A stretch of DNA of 32,000 bases. Origin: Pseudoalteromonas translucida KMM 520. GTDB lineage: Bacteria > Pseudomonadota > Gammaproteobacteria > Enterobacterales > Alteromonadaceae. Below the pieces are notes generated by a model, which worked only from the letters and a program-made list of their open reading frames with translations, ran no database searches and was not told where the DNA came from. Both the position numbers and the translations under genes were made by a program. Every line of letters starts with the position of its first letter. The first letter of the stretch is position 1. Positions 1 to 9,695 of the stretch are shown piece after piece. The DNA is taken from assembly GCF_001465295.1 (NCBI RefSeq), contig NZ_CP011035.1, positions 60,001 through 92,000 on the forward strand, read 5' to 3'.

Positions 1-220
1 ACGGTCGCGATATTGTAAATTTTAGTGTGCGTAGTGTAACCATAACGTAAAAAAGGGGGGTTGAGTGCTTTTTACTCATTCATGATATGTATAGCCGCAA
101 TAACAACTATAAATTTACTAAATCTGAAAAATAAGCCTAATGTTTAATTAAGCGCTGCAGAGCAACTAAAGCAGTCACTCTCATAACACTATAATTTACC
201 CCGTTCAAAGGATTTTAATT

Positions 221-1822
221 ATGACTACATATAAAAGCGAAACAGATACATTAGCAACACTTTGTAAAAAACAAGGTAGTGCATGGAAAACCATTAACCC
301 TGAATATGCAACACGTATGCGTTTACAAAATCGCTTTCGTACTGGGGTAGAAATTGCACAGTTTACTGCTGACATTATGCGTGAAGACATGGCCGCATAC
401 GACGCAGATACAAGCCAGTACACTCAGTCTTTAGGTTGTTGGCATGGATTTACTGCGCAACAAATGATGATGGCTATTAAGCGCCATCAAAAAACAACTA
501 AGCGTAGTTATGTATACTTAAGTGGCTGGATGGTTGCAGCACTTCGTTCAGAATTTGGTCCGCTTCCGGATCAAAGCATGCACGAAAAAACCTCAGTTCC
601 GGCACTAATTGAAGAAATTTACACCTTTTTAAAGCAAGCCGATGCACGTGAGCTAGACCATTTATTTAATGACCTAGATGCAGCTAAAGCAAATGGTGGC
701 GACGTACAAGCGGTACTCGATAAAATTGATAACTTTGAAACGCACGTAGTGCCAATTATTGCAGATATCGATGCCGGTTTTGGTAACGAAGAAGCGACTT
801 ACCTACTCGCTAAAAAAATGATTGAAGCAGGTGCTTGTGCGATTCAAATCGAAAACCAAGTGTCTGACGCTAAGCAGTGTGGCCATCAAGCAGGTAAAGT
901 AACTGTACCGCACGAAGACTTTTTAGCTAAAATTAACGCAGTACGTTACGCATTTTTAGAACTGGGTATTGATAACGGTATTATTGTTGCGCGTACCGAT
1001 TCACTAGGTGCGAGCCTAACGCAAAAAGTACCAGTTTCACAAACTCCAGGTGACTTAGCTAGCCAATACAATGCATTTTTAGAAACTACGCCAATTAACG
1101 GTGTTGAAGATTTAAATGAAGGCGACACTGCAATGAAGCTTAATGGCCAACTTTGCAAACCAACGCGCCTTGATAATGGTTTATTTCAGTTCCGCGAAGG
1201 CACAGAAAAAGACCGCGTAGTACTAGATTGTGTAACTAGCCTACAGTCGGGTGCAGACTTACTGTGGATTGAAACCGAAAAACCACATGTTAAGCAAATT
1301 GCTGAACTGGTTAATCGTGTTAAAGAGCAAGTGCCAAATGCTAAGCTTGTTTATAACAACTCACCGTCGTTTAACTGGACACTTAAGTTTCGTGAGCAAG
1401 TGTATCAAGAATGGCAAGAAGCAGGTCGTGACCTTAGCGCTTACCCAAGCTTGGGTGACAATAAAGGCCTTATGGCACCAGAAATGGATGCTACCGAGCT
1501 TGCAGTAGCAGCCGATTTACTAGTACAAAACTTCCAACGAGATGGTGCACGTGAAGCCGGTATTTTCCATCACCTAATCACATTGCCAACGTACCATACA
1601 GCAGCATTAAGTACGGATATTTTGTCAGAAGGTTACTTTGGTGACTTAGGTATGCTGGCTTATGTACGTGATGTACAGCGTCAAGAGATTCGTCGCGAAC
1701 AAGCGTCTGTTAAGCACCAAGACCTTGCAGGCTCTAATATTGGCGATACACACAAAGAGTACTTCTCTGGTGATAACGCGCTTAAAGCCGGTGGTGAAGA
1801 TAACACCATGAACCAATTCTAA
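221..1822 (+). CDS. aceA: Isocitrate lyase (long, ~530-aa form)
   Basis: 533-aa ORF. Contains the isocitrate lyase active-site signature K-x-C-G-H (KQCGHQAGK). N-terminal region and IADIDAGFGN motif are typical of the ICL/PEP mutase family. Followed by a strong terminator. Confidence 0.9.
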   Translation: MTTYKSETDTLATLCKKQGSAWKTINPEYATRMRLQNRFRTGVEIAQFTADIMREDMAAYDADTSQYTQSLGCWHGFTAQQMMMAIKRHQKTTKRSYVYLSGWMVAALRSEFGPLPDQSMHEKTSVPALIEEIYTFLKQADARELDHLFNDLDAAKANGGDVQAVLDKIDNFETHVVPIIADIDAGFGNEEATYLLAKKMIEAGACAIQIENQVSDAKQCGHQAGKVTVPHEDFLAKINAVRYAFLELGIDNGIIVARTDSLGASLTQKVPVSQTPGDLASQYNAFLETTPINGVEDLNEGDTAMKLNGQLCKPTRLDNGLFQFREGTEKDRVVLDCVTSLQSGADLLWIETEKPHVKQIAELVNRVKEQVPNAKLVYNNSPSFNWTLKFREQVYQEWQEAGRDLSAYPSLGDNKGLMAPEMDATELAVAADLLVQNFQRDGAREAGIFHHLITLPTYHTAALSTDILSEGYFGDLGMLAYVRDVQRQEIRREQASVKHQDLAGSNIGDTHKEYFSGDNALKAGGEDNTMNQF

Positions 1823-1843
1823 TTCAACTAGATAGTGTTACGT

Positions 1844-1867
1844 AAAGGGCCGAAAGGCCCTTTTTTT
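1844..1867 (+). terminator. Rho-independent terminator of aceA
   Basis: GC hairpin aaagggcc-gaaa-ggcccttt followed by a T7 run, 22 nt after the stop codon. Confidence 0.75.
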
Positions 1868-1874
1868 ATGCGTA

Positions 1875-2085
1875 TAATTAAGTAGCCTGTATGTGGATAA
1901 TAAATCTATCTTTAGTAGTTAGTTTCGATGTTAACTGCGTTAAGTTTGCTAGCTATAGCTCAGCTATTGACGCGTAAAGCTGCTTTTTTTCCTCCCCACT
2001 CCTCAAAAAATCTCTGACTAAAGAAAATAAAATTTTCATTACAGTTTAATACTTTAGTAAATATCTTAACCAGTTCAGTTAAGTT
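1875..2085 (+). repeat. MITE-like palindromic intergenic repeat, copy A (diverged)
   Basis: Alignable by eye with 2558-2762. Shared blocks: tataattaa..ggataataaa..ctaactgcg..cagctattgacgcgtaaa..aaatctctg.ctaaagaaaataaaatt..gtaaat.tcttaaccag..cag.ttaa. Confidence 0.5.
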
Positions 2086-2262
2086 GCTACCCGCAACAGA
2101 TCAGTATTTAACTAGCTGGCAATAATTACGGATCAGAGTTTAACCAAGCTTAGTGTAAAGCCCATAATTCAACCTTTTTAGCACTTTTATGGCTTTATAA
2201 ACTGTAAATAAAGGCCATAAGTGACTGATTTTAGCTTTTTGAGTGAACACTCACCTTATAAT

Positions 2263-2396
2263 AAACCGATTTTTTACTAACTTAAGCCATCCACAAAACA
2301 CTTTTTTACTAACTGAGGGCCTATAAACACTAGCTCAAACCGATTTTTTACCAACTCAGTGGGTATTTAATTGTATAAACCGAAATTTTACCAACT
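2263..2396 (+). repeat. Four-unit iteron-like array, core (AAACCGA)TTTTTAC(T/C)AACT
   Basis: Core TTTTAC(T/C)AACT ends at 2282, 2314, 2356 and 2396. Three units also share the 5' extension ATAAACCGA. Spacing between units is about 32-42 nt. Confidence 0.45.
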
Positions 2397-2557
2397 CAAA
2401 TAATAGTTAAGTCCGATACTTAAGCTAGGCATTAAGATAGCTTAAGTATTAGTAAGCATTTAGATGGCTTTATTTCTATATTGCTGATATTAGCGTGTAG
2501 GTGCATATAGTTAAATTGGACTATATCCCTAAAGGGGGAGTGTGTACTTTTGGGCTA

Positions 2558-2762
2558 TAATTAACCTGAGCTCCGGATAATAAACTTATCTCAAGCAGCT
2601 ATTTTCAGCGCTAACTGCGTGGAATTTTCTTGCAATAGGCCAGCTATTGACGCGTAAATTCGCCTTGTTTTCACTGAAAATCTCTGGCTAGAGAAAATAA
2701 AATTAAATATAAATATGATTCAATACGTTAGTAAATCTCTTAACCAGAGGTCAGGTTAATTA
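2558..2762 (+). repeat. MITE-like palindromic intergenic repeat, copy B (full length)
   Basis: Terminal inverted repeats: taattaacctgagctc at the left end, gaggtcaggttaatta at the right end. Internal arms are also mutually complementary (tatctcaagcagctattttcag versus ctgaaaatctctggctagaga), centred on gctattgacgcgtaaa. An inverted copy lies at 15784-15943. Confidence 0.65.
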
Positions 2763-2865
2763 ACTTGCCGCGGCGTTTGTGGTTTGCCTTTGCGTTACTA
2801 TTAAAAATACCTAACCTGAGTTTAGGTTACTTACTGTAAACCCCCTTTACACTTATTGGTAATGT

Positions 2866-2890
2866 AAAAAAGCCACTTTAAAAAGTGGCT
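2866..2890 (-). terminator. Rho-independent terminator of the S9 peptidase gene
   Basis: On the minus strand: agccac-tttttaa-gtggct followed by T6, about 30 nt after the stop codon. Confidence 0.7.
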
Positions 2891-2922
2891 TTAATAGTTA
2901 CATACCAAGCGGTATGTTTATA

Positions 2923-4950
2923 TTATTTAGGCTGTTTAGTGTGTTTATCAAACCACCATTGAATATAGGCAACTTTAGCCATTAAGTTAGATGGACGAGC
3001 AGTAATACCATGTGATGCATCGGGAATACGTACCATAGCGGTTTCGACACCTTGTAGCTTTAATGCTTGATAAAACTGTTCGGTTTCTGAAATCGGCGTA
3101 CGGTAATCAGATTCACCGGTTAGTAGCATAGTGGGTGTTTTTACATTGCCGACATAACTAATTGGCGAGCGTTTCATATAATGTTCTATATGATCCCATG
3201 GCTTACCCGGAAACCAATAGTCAGCAAAAAACGGGTAAAAGTCGGCAGTTAGTACAAAACTGATCCAGTTAATCACAGGTTTAGCAACCACGGCTGCGGC
3301 AAAGCGGTCGGTATGGCCAACTATCCACGCGGTAAGTACGCCGCCGCCAGAGCCACCGGTAACAAACAATTTAGACTCATCAATAAAACCTTTGGCAATT
3401 AAAGCATCTACCCCAGTCATTAAGTCGTCATAATCGTTACTTGGGTAATTATGATGAATAGTTTGTGCAAACTCTTTGCCGTAAGAGTCACTCCCGCGAG
3501 GGTTCATATACAATACAACGTTACCCTTAGCTGCGTATAGCTGTACCTCGGCGCTAAAGTGCGGACCGTAATTGGCCACCGGACCACCATGAATTTCAAG
3601 AATTAATGGGTACTTTTTACTACTGTCAAAACCAGGTGGGTAGGCTACCCAAGCTTGAATGGGCAGTTGGTCGTGGCTCGACTTAAGCCATAGCTCTTCT
3701 ACCTTGGCTAGTTGTTTATGCCCCAGCGAATTGTCATTTAAACTTGTTAAGCGCTGCGCTTTACCACGTTTAATTGCCGCTACATCGGCAGGGCGCTGCG
3801 GGTCGGCTAGGGTAAACACAATTTCGTCATCTTCGCTCACATCAAAGTCGCCACCAGAATAAGGACGACCAAACGAAACGCTGCCAATTTTTTCGGTAAT
3901 AACTTTACGTGAACCGCTACGAGGTTGGTACGCTAACGTGGTTTGCCCTTGATCAGCGTAACTAAAGTAAATACCTTTAGAGTTACCGCTCCACTTTATT
4001 TTAGCTACGCTGCGGTCTAAGTCGGCAGTTAAATTAGTTGTTTTACCCGAACGTAAGTCGCGAATATACAATTGGGTGTTTTCGTAATTAGTTTGCTTGT
4101 CATCGTAACCGGTATACGCAAGGTAACGGCCATTAGGCGATACTTGAGGTTGGCGATCGGGGCCGTTTCTATCGGTTACAGCGGTTATTTCAAGCGTAAT
4201 TAAATTAAGTTTATATACTTCGCTGTTAGTTGGCTTTAACAAGTAATTATTATGCCTATTAGCCGAAAAATATAACGCTTTTTTATCTTTACTAAAGCTA
4301 ACTTCGCCGCCGTTATTAAACTCATCAAAGGTGAGCTGTTTAGCATTGCCGCCATTTGCGTCAATAATAAATAATTGCTCAAAGCCCTTTTTAGCGTAAC
4401 CAGCACCATCAGCACGATAATACACATCGTCAATATATTTAGCTGGCTCTGCCCAAGTCGCGCCTACAGGTTTACCAGGTAAGCTAACGGGTGAGCTTGA
4501 TGAGGTGGCAACAAACATACTAAATGCGAGTTGCTTAGCATCTGGGCTCCAGCTTAGCGCTTTTGGCGTACTTGTAAGGTTACTTATTTTGCTAACCGCG
4601 CCAGTTTTAAGCCATTTCATGTAAATTTGGTTGCTACCGTCGCGGTTTGAAATAAATGCTAAACGAGAGCCATCTGGCGACAACTTTGGCGAGTGATCCA
4701 TATGTACGCCAGAAGTAAGCGGTTGAATTTGTCGTGTTTTATAATCTACTGTCCAAATATTACCTATTTTACGGTCGGTTTTTATATCCATTCTGTTACG
4801 TACAAAATAAACTGTTTTCCCGTCTTTGGTAATATCTAGCTGGTTAGCGTATTCAAGCGTAAATACATCTTCTAACTGTAGGGTGCTGCTATTGGCAAAG
4901 GCAAGATTACCCGTGCTTATTAATAGACTAAGCGCAAAAAATGTTTTCAT
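2923..4950 (-). CDS. Secreted S9 family serine peptidase (prolyl oligopeptidase / acylaminoacyl peptidase-like) with N-terminal beta-propeller
   Basis: 675-aa ORF with an N-terminal signal peptide (MKTFFALSLLISTGNLAFA). TolB/WD40-like repeats (SPDGSRLAF, SPDAKQLAF, SPNGRYLAY). C-terminal alpha/beta hydrolase domain with nucleophile motif GGSGGG, then GESDYR and DASHG, giving the S-D-H order of family S9. Confidence 0.85.
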   Translation of the reverse strand: MKTFFALSLLISTGNLAFANSSTLQLEDVFTLEYANQLDITKDGKTVYFVRNRMDIKTDRKIGNIWTVDYKTRQIQPLTSGVHMDHSPKLSPDGSRLAFISNRDGSNQIYMKWLKTGAVSKISNLTSTPKALSWSPDAKQLAFSMFVATSSSSPVSLPGKPVGATWAEPAKYIDDVYYRADGAGYAKKGFEQLFIIDANGGNAKQLTFDEFNNGGEVSFSKDKKALYFSANRHNNYLLKPTNSEVYKLNLITLEITAVTDRNGPDRQPQVSPNGRYLAYTGYDDKQTNYENTQLYIRDLRSGKTTNLTADLDRSVAKIKWSGNSKGIYFSYADQGQTTLAYQPRSGSRKVITEKIGSVSFGRPYSGGDFDVSEDDEIVFTLADPQRPADVAAIKRGKAQRLTSLNDNSLGHKQLAKVEELWLKSSHDQLPIQAWVAYPPGFDSSKKYPLILEIHGGPVANYGPHFSAEVQLYAAKGNVVLYMNPRGSDSYGKEFAQTIHHNYPSNDYDDLMTGVDALIAKGFIDESKLFVTGGSGGGVLTAWIVGHTDRFAAAVVAKPVINWISFVLTADFYPFFADYWFPGKPWDHIEHYMKRSPISYVGNVKTPTMLLTGESDYRTPISETEQFYQALKLQGVETAMVRIPDASHGITARPSNLMAKVAYIQWWFDKHTKQPK

Positions 4951-5056
4951 TTCAAATCCCTGTGGTTGTTAATAATAATAGTTATATGTTAGAGAGTTTA
5001 AAAATAATAGCTAGGGCGATGAAGTAATTGCGTGGGTAGACTGAATCTGTAAAACG

Positions 5057-5087
5057 GTTCAGCTGTAAAGGGGGTTTACAACTGAAC
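5057..5087 (-). terminator. Hairpin terminator downstream of pxpA
   Basis: 13-bp stem with one mismatch, gttcagctgtaaa-ggggg-tttacaactgaac, 16 nt after the pxpA stop. On the minus strand it is followed by cgtttta. Confidence 0.5.
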
Positions 5088-5102
5088 ATATTAAATAATG
5101 AT

Positions 5103-5831
5103 TTAACGTTTACACAATAACTTTATTTGTTGAATGAGTGCAATACCGGCAGGGTTATCGCCGTGAACGCATAAACTATCGGCATCTAAAATTAATTTTT
5201 TACCTGAGCGCGTAGTTACGCTGCCATCAGCTAACAGTTGCTTTACTTGCTCAATTAAAGCTTGCTCGTTATGCACACTGCCTGCTAACTGCCTTGACAC
5301 TAAAAGCCCTTCGTCGGTGTATTGTCTGTCGGCAAAGGCTTCTAATATTAATTTTAACCCTAAAGTGTCGGCTATTTTTTGATGCTTTTTAGCATCAGCA
5401 GTAGCTAAAATCATTAATTTTAATGGGCTAGGGTAGTGTGCTACAGCGCTCATTACGCTAGTTAAAAGCTGCTCGTTAAGCATCATGTCGTTATAAAGTG
5501 CGCCATGGGGCTTAACATAACTAAGGCTTAAGCCTTGTACTTTGGCCATACCTTCTAGCGCAGCAATTTGATAGTGCAGGCAATTTGTAAGCTCGCTTGC
5601 ACTTAGCGCCATAGATCGTCTGCCAAAACCTTGTTGATCTGGGTAACTAGGATGAGCGCCAATTTGTACCTTATGCTGTTTTGCCAGCTTGAGCGTATTT
5701 GCCATTACATCGGCATCACCCGCATGAAAACCACAAGCAATATTAGCCATATTAATGTGCGGCATAGCTTCTTCATCTAAGCCCATTTTCCAAGCACCAA
5801 AGCTTTCACCTAAATCGCAATTTAATAGCAT
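5103..5831 (-). CDS. pxpA: LamB/YcsF family protein, 5-oxoprolinase subunit A-like
   Basis: 242-aa ORF with the family-typical N-terminus LNCDLGESFG and HPSYPD, VKPHGALYN, VHGD motifs. Starts 11 nt after the upstream GH3 gene stop, so the two are probably co-transcribed. No pxpB or pxpC in the window. Confidence 0.8.
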   Translation of the reverse strand: MLLNCDLGESFGAWKMGLDEEAMPHINMANIACGFHAGDADVMANTLKLAKQHKVQIGAHPSYPDQQGFGRRSMALSASELTNCLHYQIAALEGMAKVQGLSLSYVKPHGALYNDMMLNEQLLTSVMSAVAHYPSPLKLMILATADAKKHQKIADTLGLKLILEAFADRQYTDEGLLVSRQLAGSVHNEQALIEQVKQLLADGSVTTRSGKKLILDADSLCVHGDNPAGIALIQQIKLLCKR

Positions 5832-5842
5832 TTAAGGTCTCC

Positions 5843-7705
5843 TTACTTTTTTATTGTTACAGGCAAAGTGCCATTAGCTGGCAATTTGCCTAACAGTACG
5901 TGTGCTAAAGCGGTAAATGCGGGGCCTGTTACAATATCGTTTTTATCGTGATCAATATTATAGGCATACGATGCAAGTACAGCATGGGCATAATCGCTAA
6001 ACTCAGCAATGTCGTAAGGCGCTCTTAGGCTAATAAATACCGTGTTTTTATTTTGTTTTTTTGCCACTATTAATAACGACTCAAGTGCTTTTGGTTGCTG
6101 TGCGTTGCTAAGTGCAAATTGAGGATCGTTTTTTAAATCATCCATACCGCCAATTTCTACCGCACTTTGATTTGGCGTTGCGTTGCCCGCTATAACAACA
6201 TCGGCTTTATTAATGTCTGCATGTGCTTGTTGCGGATCGAAGCCTTGCAAGCTGCTACAAGTATAGTTAAGCGTATGTTTACTAATGCTTTGCAGGGCTT
6301 GTTGTAGTGCCATGCATTTGCGAGTGTCGGGCATTATAATATGAACATGTTGCCCGGCTTTAAGTGTAAGTGGCAGTGTATTATGAGTGTTTTTAACTTG
6401 TGTAATAGCCTCTACCGCTAGTTGTGCTTCAATATCGCGATGCGCTTTACTCCCAATAACGTGCTTGGCGTTAACTAGCGCATTAATGGCATTAAAATTG
6501 GTGTTAAGTTTAAACTTACTTTTAAGCGCTGTAATACGCTGCGCCGACTCAGTTATTTCTTGCTGATTAAGTTGCTTAGACTTAACTGCAGCGACTAAAT
6601 CTTTAATGAGCTGATCAAGTTTGGTTAAGTCATCTATGCTGCGAATTTCTATTGGCATTAAGGCAATATCGACCCCTGCAGCAAAGGTATTTATAACCGC
6701 TTGAGTAGGATTGAAAAAGTGACTAATACCTGCCATATCAAGTGCATCGGTTACTACTACGCCATTATAATTAAGCTCATGGCGTAAAATATCAGTAATT
6801 ATTTTACGCGACATAGTTGCGGGTTTAATCATGCTTTTACCATCAACACTGGTAAAGGTACTGCTATCAAGCGCAGGGTACTGAATATGTGCGGTCATGA
6901 TCATGCCAGGGCTTTGCGTGGCAATAATCTGTTTAAAAGGGGCTAGGTCTTGTTGGTAAATAACCTCTTTTGCATGGTTTACCCTAGGTAAGCCCGTATG
7001 GCTGTCTACGTTAGTGTCGCCGTGGCCCGGAAAATGTTTAAGCGAACTAATAATGCCGTTATTTTCAAACCCAGCAACTTGAGCGGCACCTAAAGTTGCC
7101 ACGTGCTTAGGGTCCTCGCCAAACGAGCGCACATTAATAACGGGGTTATCTGGGTTCATATTTACGTCGATTGAAGGCGCATAATTAACGTTAATACCCA
7201 AAGCACTTAGCTCGGTGGCCATTACTTTAGCGGTTTGCGCGGCAAAATAACTGTCGTGCTTTTCAAAAGTAGCACCAATCGACATATTACCGGTAAACGA
7301 GGTTGCTACATCGCGCGGTAGGCGTGCAACACGGCCGCCTTCTTGATCAACCGAAATAAACAAAGGTAATGCAGAGCTTGATTTACTTGCAGCCTGTTGT
7401 AATTGTTGGTTAAGGGTAATTATTTGTTCAATAGATTGGGTGTTTTCAGAAAATAAAATCACCCCGCCAATATTGTATTTACTAATGGCGTTTGCTAGTT
7501 CATCGGGTAATTGAGTCATTGGCGTTCGACACTGTTTACTTGCACCTTGGTGACAAAAATAGCGAAAGTCTAGTAATAGCTTTTGGCCAAGTTGTTGTTC
7601 AAGCGTAAGCGCAGGTTGAGCTATAGAAGATTGTAATGGCATTAAACACCCGATTAAAAAAGCAATAGACGATACAGCATACTTATTTAGCAAAACACAC
7701 TCCAA
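5843..7705 (-). CDS. Glycoside hydrolase family 3 beta-N-acetylhexosaminidase-like lipoprotein
   Basis: 620-aa ORF with the NagZ/GH3 motif KHFPGHGDT and a VTDALDM region. N-terminus has a lipobox (LIGC). The start is uncertain: TTG at 7705, or TTG at 7693, which lies 6 nt after a GGAG. Confidence 0.85.
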   Translation of the reverse strand: MECVLLNKYAVSSIAFLIGCLMPLQSSIAQPALTLEQQLGQKLLLDFRYFCHQGASKQCRTPMTQLPDELANAISKYNIGGVILFSENTQSIEQIITLNQQLQQAASKSSSALPLFISVDQEGGRVARLPRDVATSFTGNMSIGATFEKHDSYFAAQTAKVMATELSALGINVNYAPSIDVNMNPDNPVINVRSFGEDPKHVATLGAAQVAGFENNGIISSLKHFPGHGDTNVDSHTGLPRVNHAKEVIYQQDLAPFKQIIATQSPGMIMTAHIQYPALDSSTFTSVDGKSMIKPATMSRKIITDILRHELNYNGVVVTDALDMAGISHFFNPTQAVINTFAAGVDIALMPIEIRSIDDLTKLDQLIKDLVAAVKSKQLNQQEITESAQRITALKSKFKLNTNFNAINALVNAKHVIGSKAHRDIEAQLAVEAITQVKNTHNTLPLTLKAGQHVHIIMPDTRKCMALQQALQSISKHTLNYTCSSLQGFDPQQAHADINKADVVIAGNATPNQSAVEIGGMDDLKNDPQFALSNAQQPKALESLLIVAKKQNKNTVFISLRAPYDIAEFSDYAHAVLASYAYNIDHDKNDIVTGPAFTALAHVLLGKLPANGTLPVTIKK

Positions 7706-7710
7706 AGCTA

Positions 7711-7746
7711 AATAAAATAGATAAGTGCATGCAGCTTATCTATTTT
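7711..7746 (-). terminator. Terminator of the hmuTUV operon (bidirectional-looking hairpin)
   Basis: Stem aaatagataag / cttatctattt around a tgcatgca loop, with T/A runs on both sides. About 100 nt downstream of the hmuV stop. Confidence 0.5.
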
Positions 7747-7848
7747 TTAGTGCAACTGCAAAGCCGATACGCAATAGCGGTGCGTTTAAGTCTTATTGAT
7801 TTTTAAAGCTGAATAAACGCTGATATTAGGGCGTTATTTTTAAGTAAT

Positions 7849-8634
7849 TTAGTAACACATTTGAATGTGTGGCATAACCTCGGTGGTGTTATTTTCAAGC
7901 CTGGCGCTAATGTTATATACCCGCTTAAGCAGCGCAGGGGTAAGCACTTCTTTTGGTGTACCGCATGCGGCTACTTCGCCATTATTAAGCATGTAAATTC
8001 GATCTGCAAAACTGGCAGCAAGCGATAGGTCGTGGATCACGGCAACCACTCCTGCGCCTTGGCTGGCAATACTTTTAGCTTGAGCCATTACATCGTATTG
8101 ATGAAAAATATCTAAGCTAGAGGTGGGCTCGTCAATTAGTAAGTAAGGTGTTTTATTGGCAACTAGGCTAGGCTGAATTTGGCATAATACCCGCGCAAGT
8201 TGTACGCGTTGCTTTTCTCCGCCAGAGAGTTGTGTAAAGGTATGGGCTTTTAAGTGCGTTACACTAAGTGCTTGCATTACTTGCTCTGAAAAATGTATAA
8301 GCTGCTGTTTACTATAGTCTGCTTGATGGGCAAAGTGCGCCATATCAACCACTTCAGCTACGCTAAATGGAAAGTCGAGTTCGTAATTTTGCGTAAGCAC
8401 AGCGCGTAATGTAGCCAAGCTTGCTATTGAGTAGTCGCTAAGTAGGCGATCATTAAGTGTGATATCACCATTATTAATTTTTATATCGCCGCATAAGGCT
8501 TTTAGTAACGACGATTTACCTGCTCCATTAGGGCCTATAATTACCACTAACTCGTTAGGTTTTACATAAAAGTTAATATGCTTGAGTAGTTTTTTTTGCC
8601 CAATTTGGGCCGACACATTATTAGCGCACAGCAT
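7849..8634 (-). CDS. hmuV: Heme ABC transporter ATP-binding protein
   Basis: 261-aa ORF. Walker A GPNGAGKSS, ABC signature LSGGEKQR, Walker B LLIDEPTS. Its start abuts the hmuU stop. Confidence 0.9.
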   Translation of the reverse strand: MLCANNVSAQIGQKKLLKHINFYVKPNELVVIIGPNGAGKSSLLKALCGDIKINNGDITLNDRLLSDYSIASLATLRAVLTQNYELDFPFSVAEVVDMAHFAHQADYSKQQLIHFSEQVMQALSVTHLKAHTFTQLSGGEKQRVQLARVLCQIQPSLVANKTPYLLIDEPTSSLDIFHQYDVMAQAKSIASQGAGVVAVIHDLSLAASFADRIYMLNNGEVAACGTPKEVLTPALLKRVYNISARLENNTTEVMPHIQMCY

Positions 8635-9690
8635 TTATAAGCTCCGTTGCTGATAAGTTTTTAACAACATAATTAAAAAGAAAGGGCCACCAATAGCACT
8701 GGTTATTAAGCCAATAGGTAACTCTGCAGGGAGCATCACAGTACGTGCAAATAAATCAGCAAAGCTTAATAACAGCGCCCCGCCTAAAATACTTGCTGGC
8801 ATTAAGTAACGATGATCGGGCCCTAAAACAAGCCTTACAATATGCGGCGCAATAAAACCAACAAAGCCAATAATACCGGTAATGGAGACGGCAGCACCGG
8901 TGCACAATGCCGTACAAATAAATACCTGTTTTTTAAGCCGCGTTACATTAATGCCTAAATGTTTAGCTTGCGCTTCGCCTAGTAAATATAAATTAAGAGG
9001 TTTTGCTAGGCGTAGTAATAAAACCACACTCAAAACAATAATACATAAAGAGGGCAGCATCATGGCAAAGTGATTACCGGCTAACGAACCCATACTCCAA
9101 AATGTTAAATCGCGCAGTTGTTGCTCGTTACTAATTAATGTAAGCCCACCAATGAGCGATCCCACAATGGCGTTAACAGCAATACCTGCTAGTAATAAGC
9201 TTATAATTGTAAACTGACCACTGTGAGCGCTTAATCTATAAATAAATACACACACACTAATACAGCCAATAAATGCGCCAACCGGTACTGCATAAACACC
9301 CAAGGTGCTGCTAAAGTTAGCAAATAAACTACTGCCTAATACTATAGTGGTTACAGCGCCAAGTGCTGCACCACTCGACACACCAATTAAACCCGGATCG
9401 GCTAATGGGTTTCTAAAAATTGCCTGCATAGCACAGCCACAAGCGGCTAGCCCTGCACCTACCACCATGGCTAACACTATGCGCGGTAAGCGTATTTGCC
9501 AAATAATAGCGTTTTTAAAGCTATCAGTTTCAAGCTGGTTAATTATTGCCACTATTTCACTTAAGCTTAAATTTACGCCACCTTTACTTAGTGCAATAAA
9601 AAACATAAAAACACAGGCTAAAAATAAACAGGGAATGGCCATTTTTCGCTGTTTTTGTTCGGTTAATAGCGTACTTCCTAATGCCAGCAT
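8635..9690 (-). CDS. hmuU: Heme ABC transporter permease (FecCD family)
   Basis: 351-aa polytopic membrane ORF with a FecCD/BtuC-type pattern (RLPRI, NPLADPGLIGVSSGA, GPFFL). Lies between hmuT and hmuV with 0-5 nt gaps. Confidence 0.9.
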   Translation of the reverse strand: MLALGSTLLTEQKQRKMAIPCLFLACVFMFFIALSKGGVNLSLSEIVAIINQLETDSFKNAIIWQIRLPRIVLAMVVGAGLAACGCAMQAIFRNPLADPGLIGVSSGAALGAVTTIVLGSSLFANFSSTLGVYAVPVGAFIGCISVCVFIYRLSAHSGQFTIISLLLAGIAVNAIVGSLIGGLTLISNEQQLRDLTFWSMGSLAGNHFAMMLPSLCIIVLSVVLLLRLAKPLNLYLLGEAQAKHLGINVTRLKKQVFICTALCTGAAVSITGIIGFVGFIAPHIVRLVLGPDHRYLMPASILGGALLLSFADLFARTVMLPAELPIGLITSAIGGPFFLIMLLKTYQQRSL

Positions 9691-9695
9691 AGTTA

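Noticed and set aside
2263-2396. CRISPR-like or TIGR-like guide array interpretation of the four TTTTACyAACT units.
   Set aside because: The conserved part is only about 11-20 nt and the spacing is irregular (32-42 nt). One unit is degenerate. No cas, tas or other nuclease gene is adjacent. It is kept only as an unexplained iteron-like array.
2835-5080. The same 17-nt hairpin sequence TGTAAACCCCCTTTACA (2835-2851) and its complement (5064-5080) on either side of the S9 peptidase gene, possibly marking a mobile cassette.
   Set aside because: The 5064-5080 copy is the core of the pxpA terminator hairpin. The other copy sits just beyond the peptidase terminator. Short terminator-like palindromes with a homopolymer loop can recur by chance or as REP-type elements, and there is no further flanking similarity.
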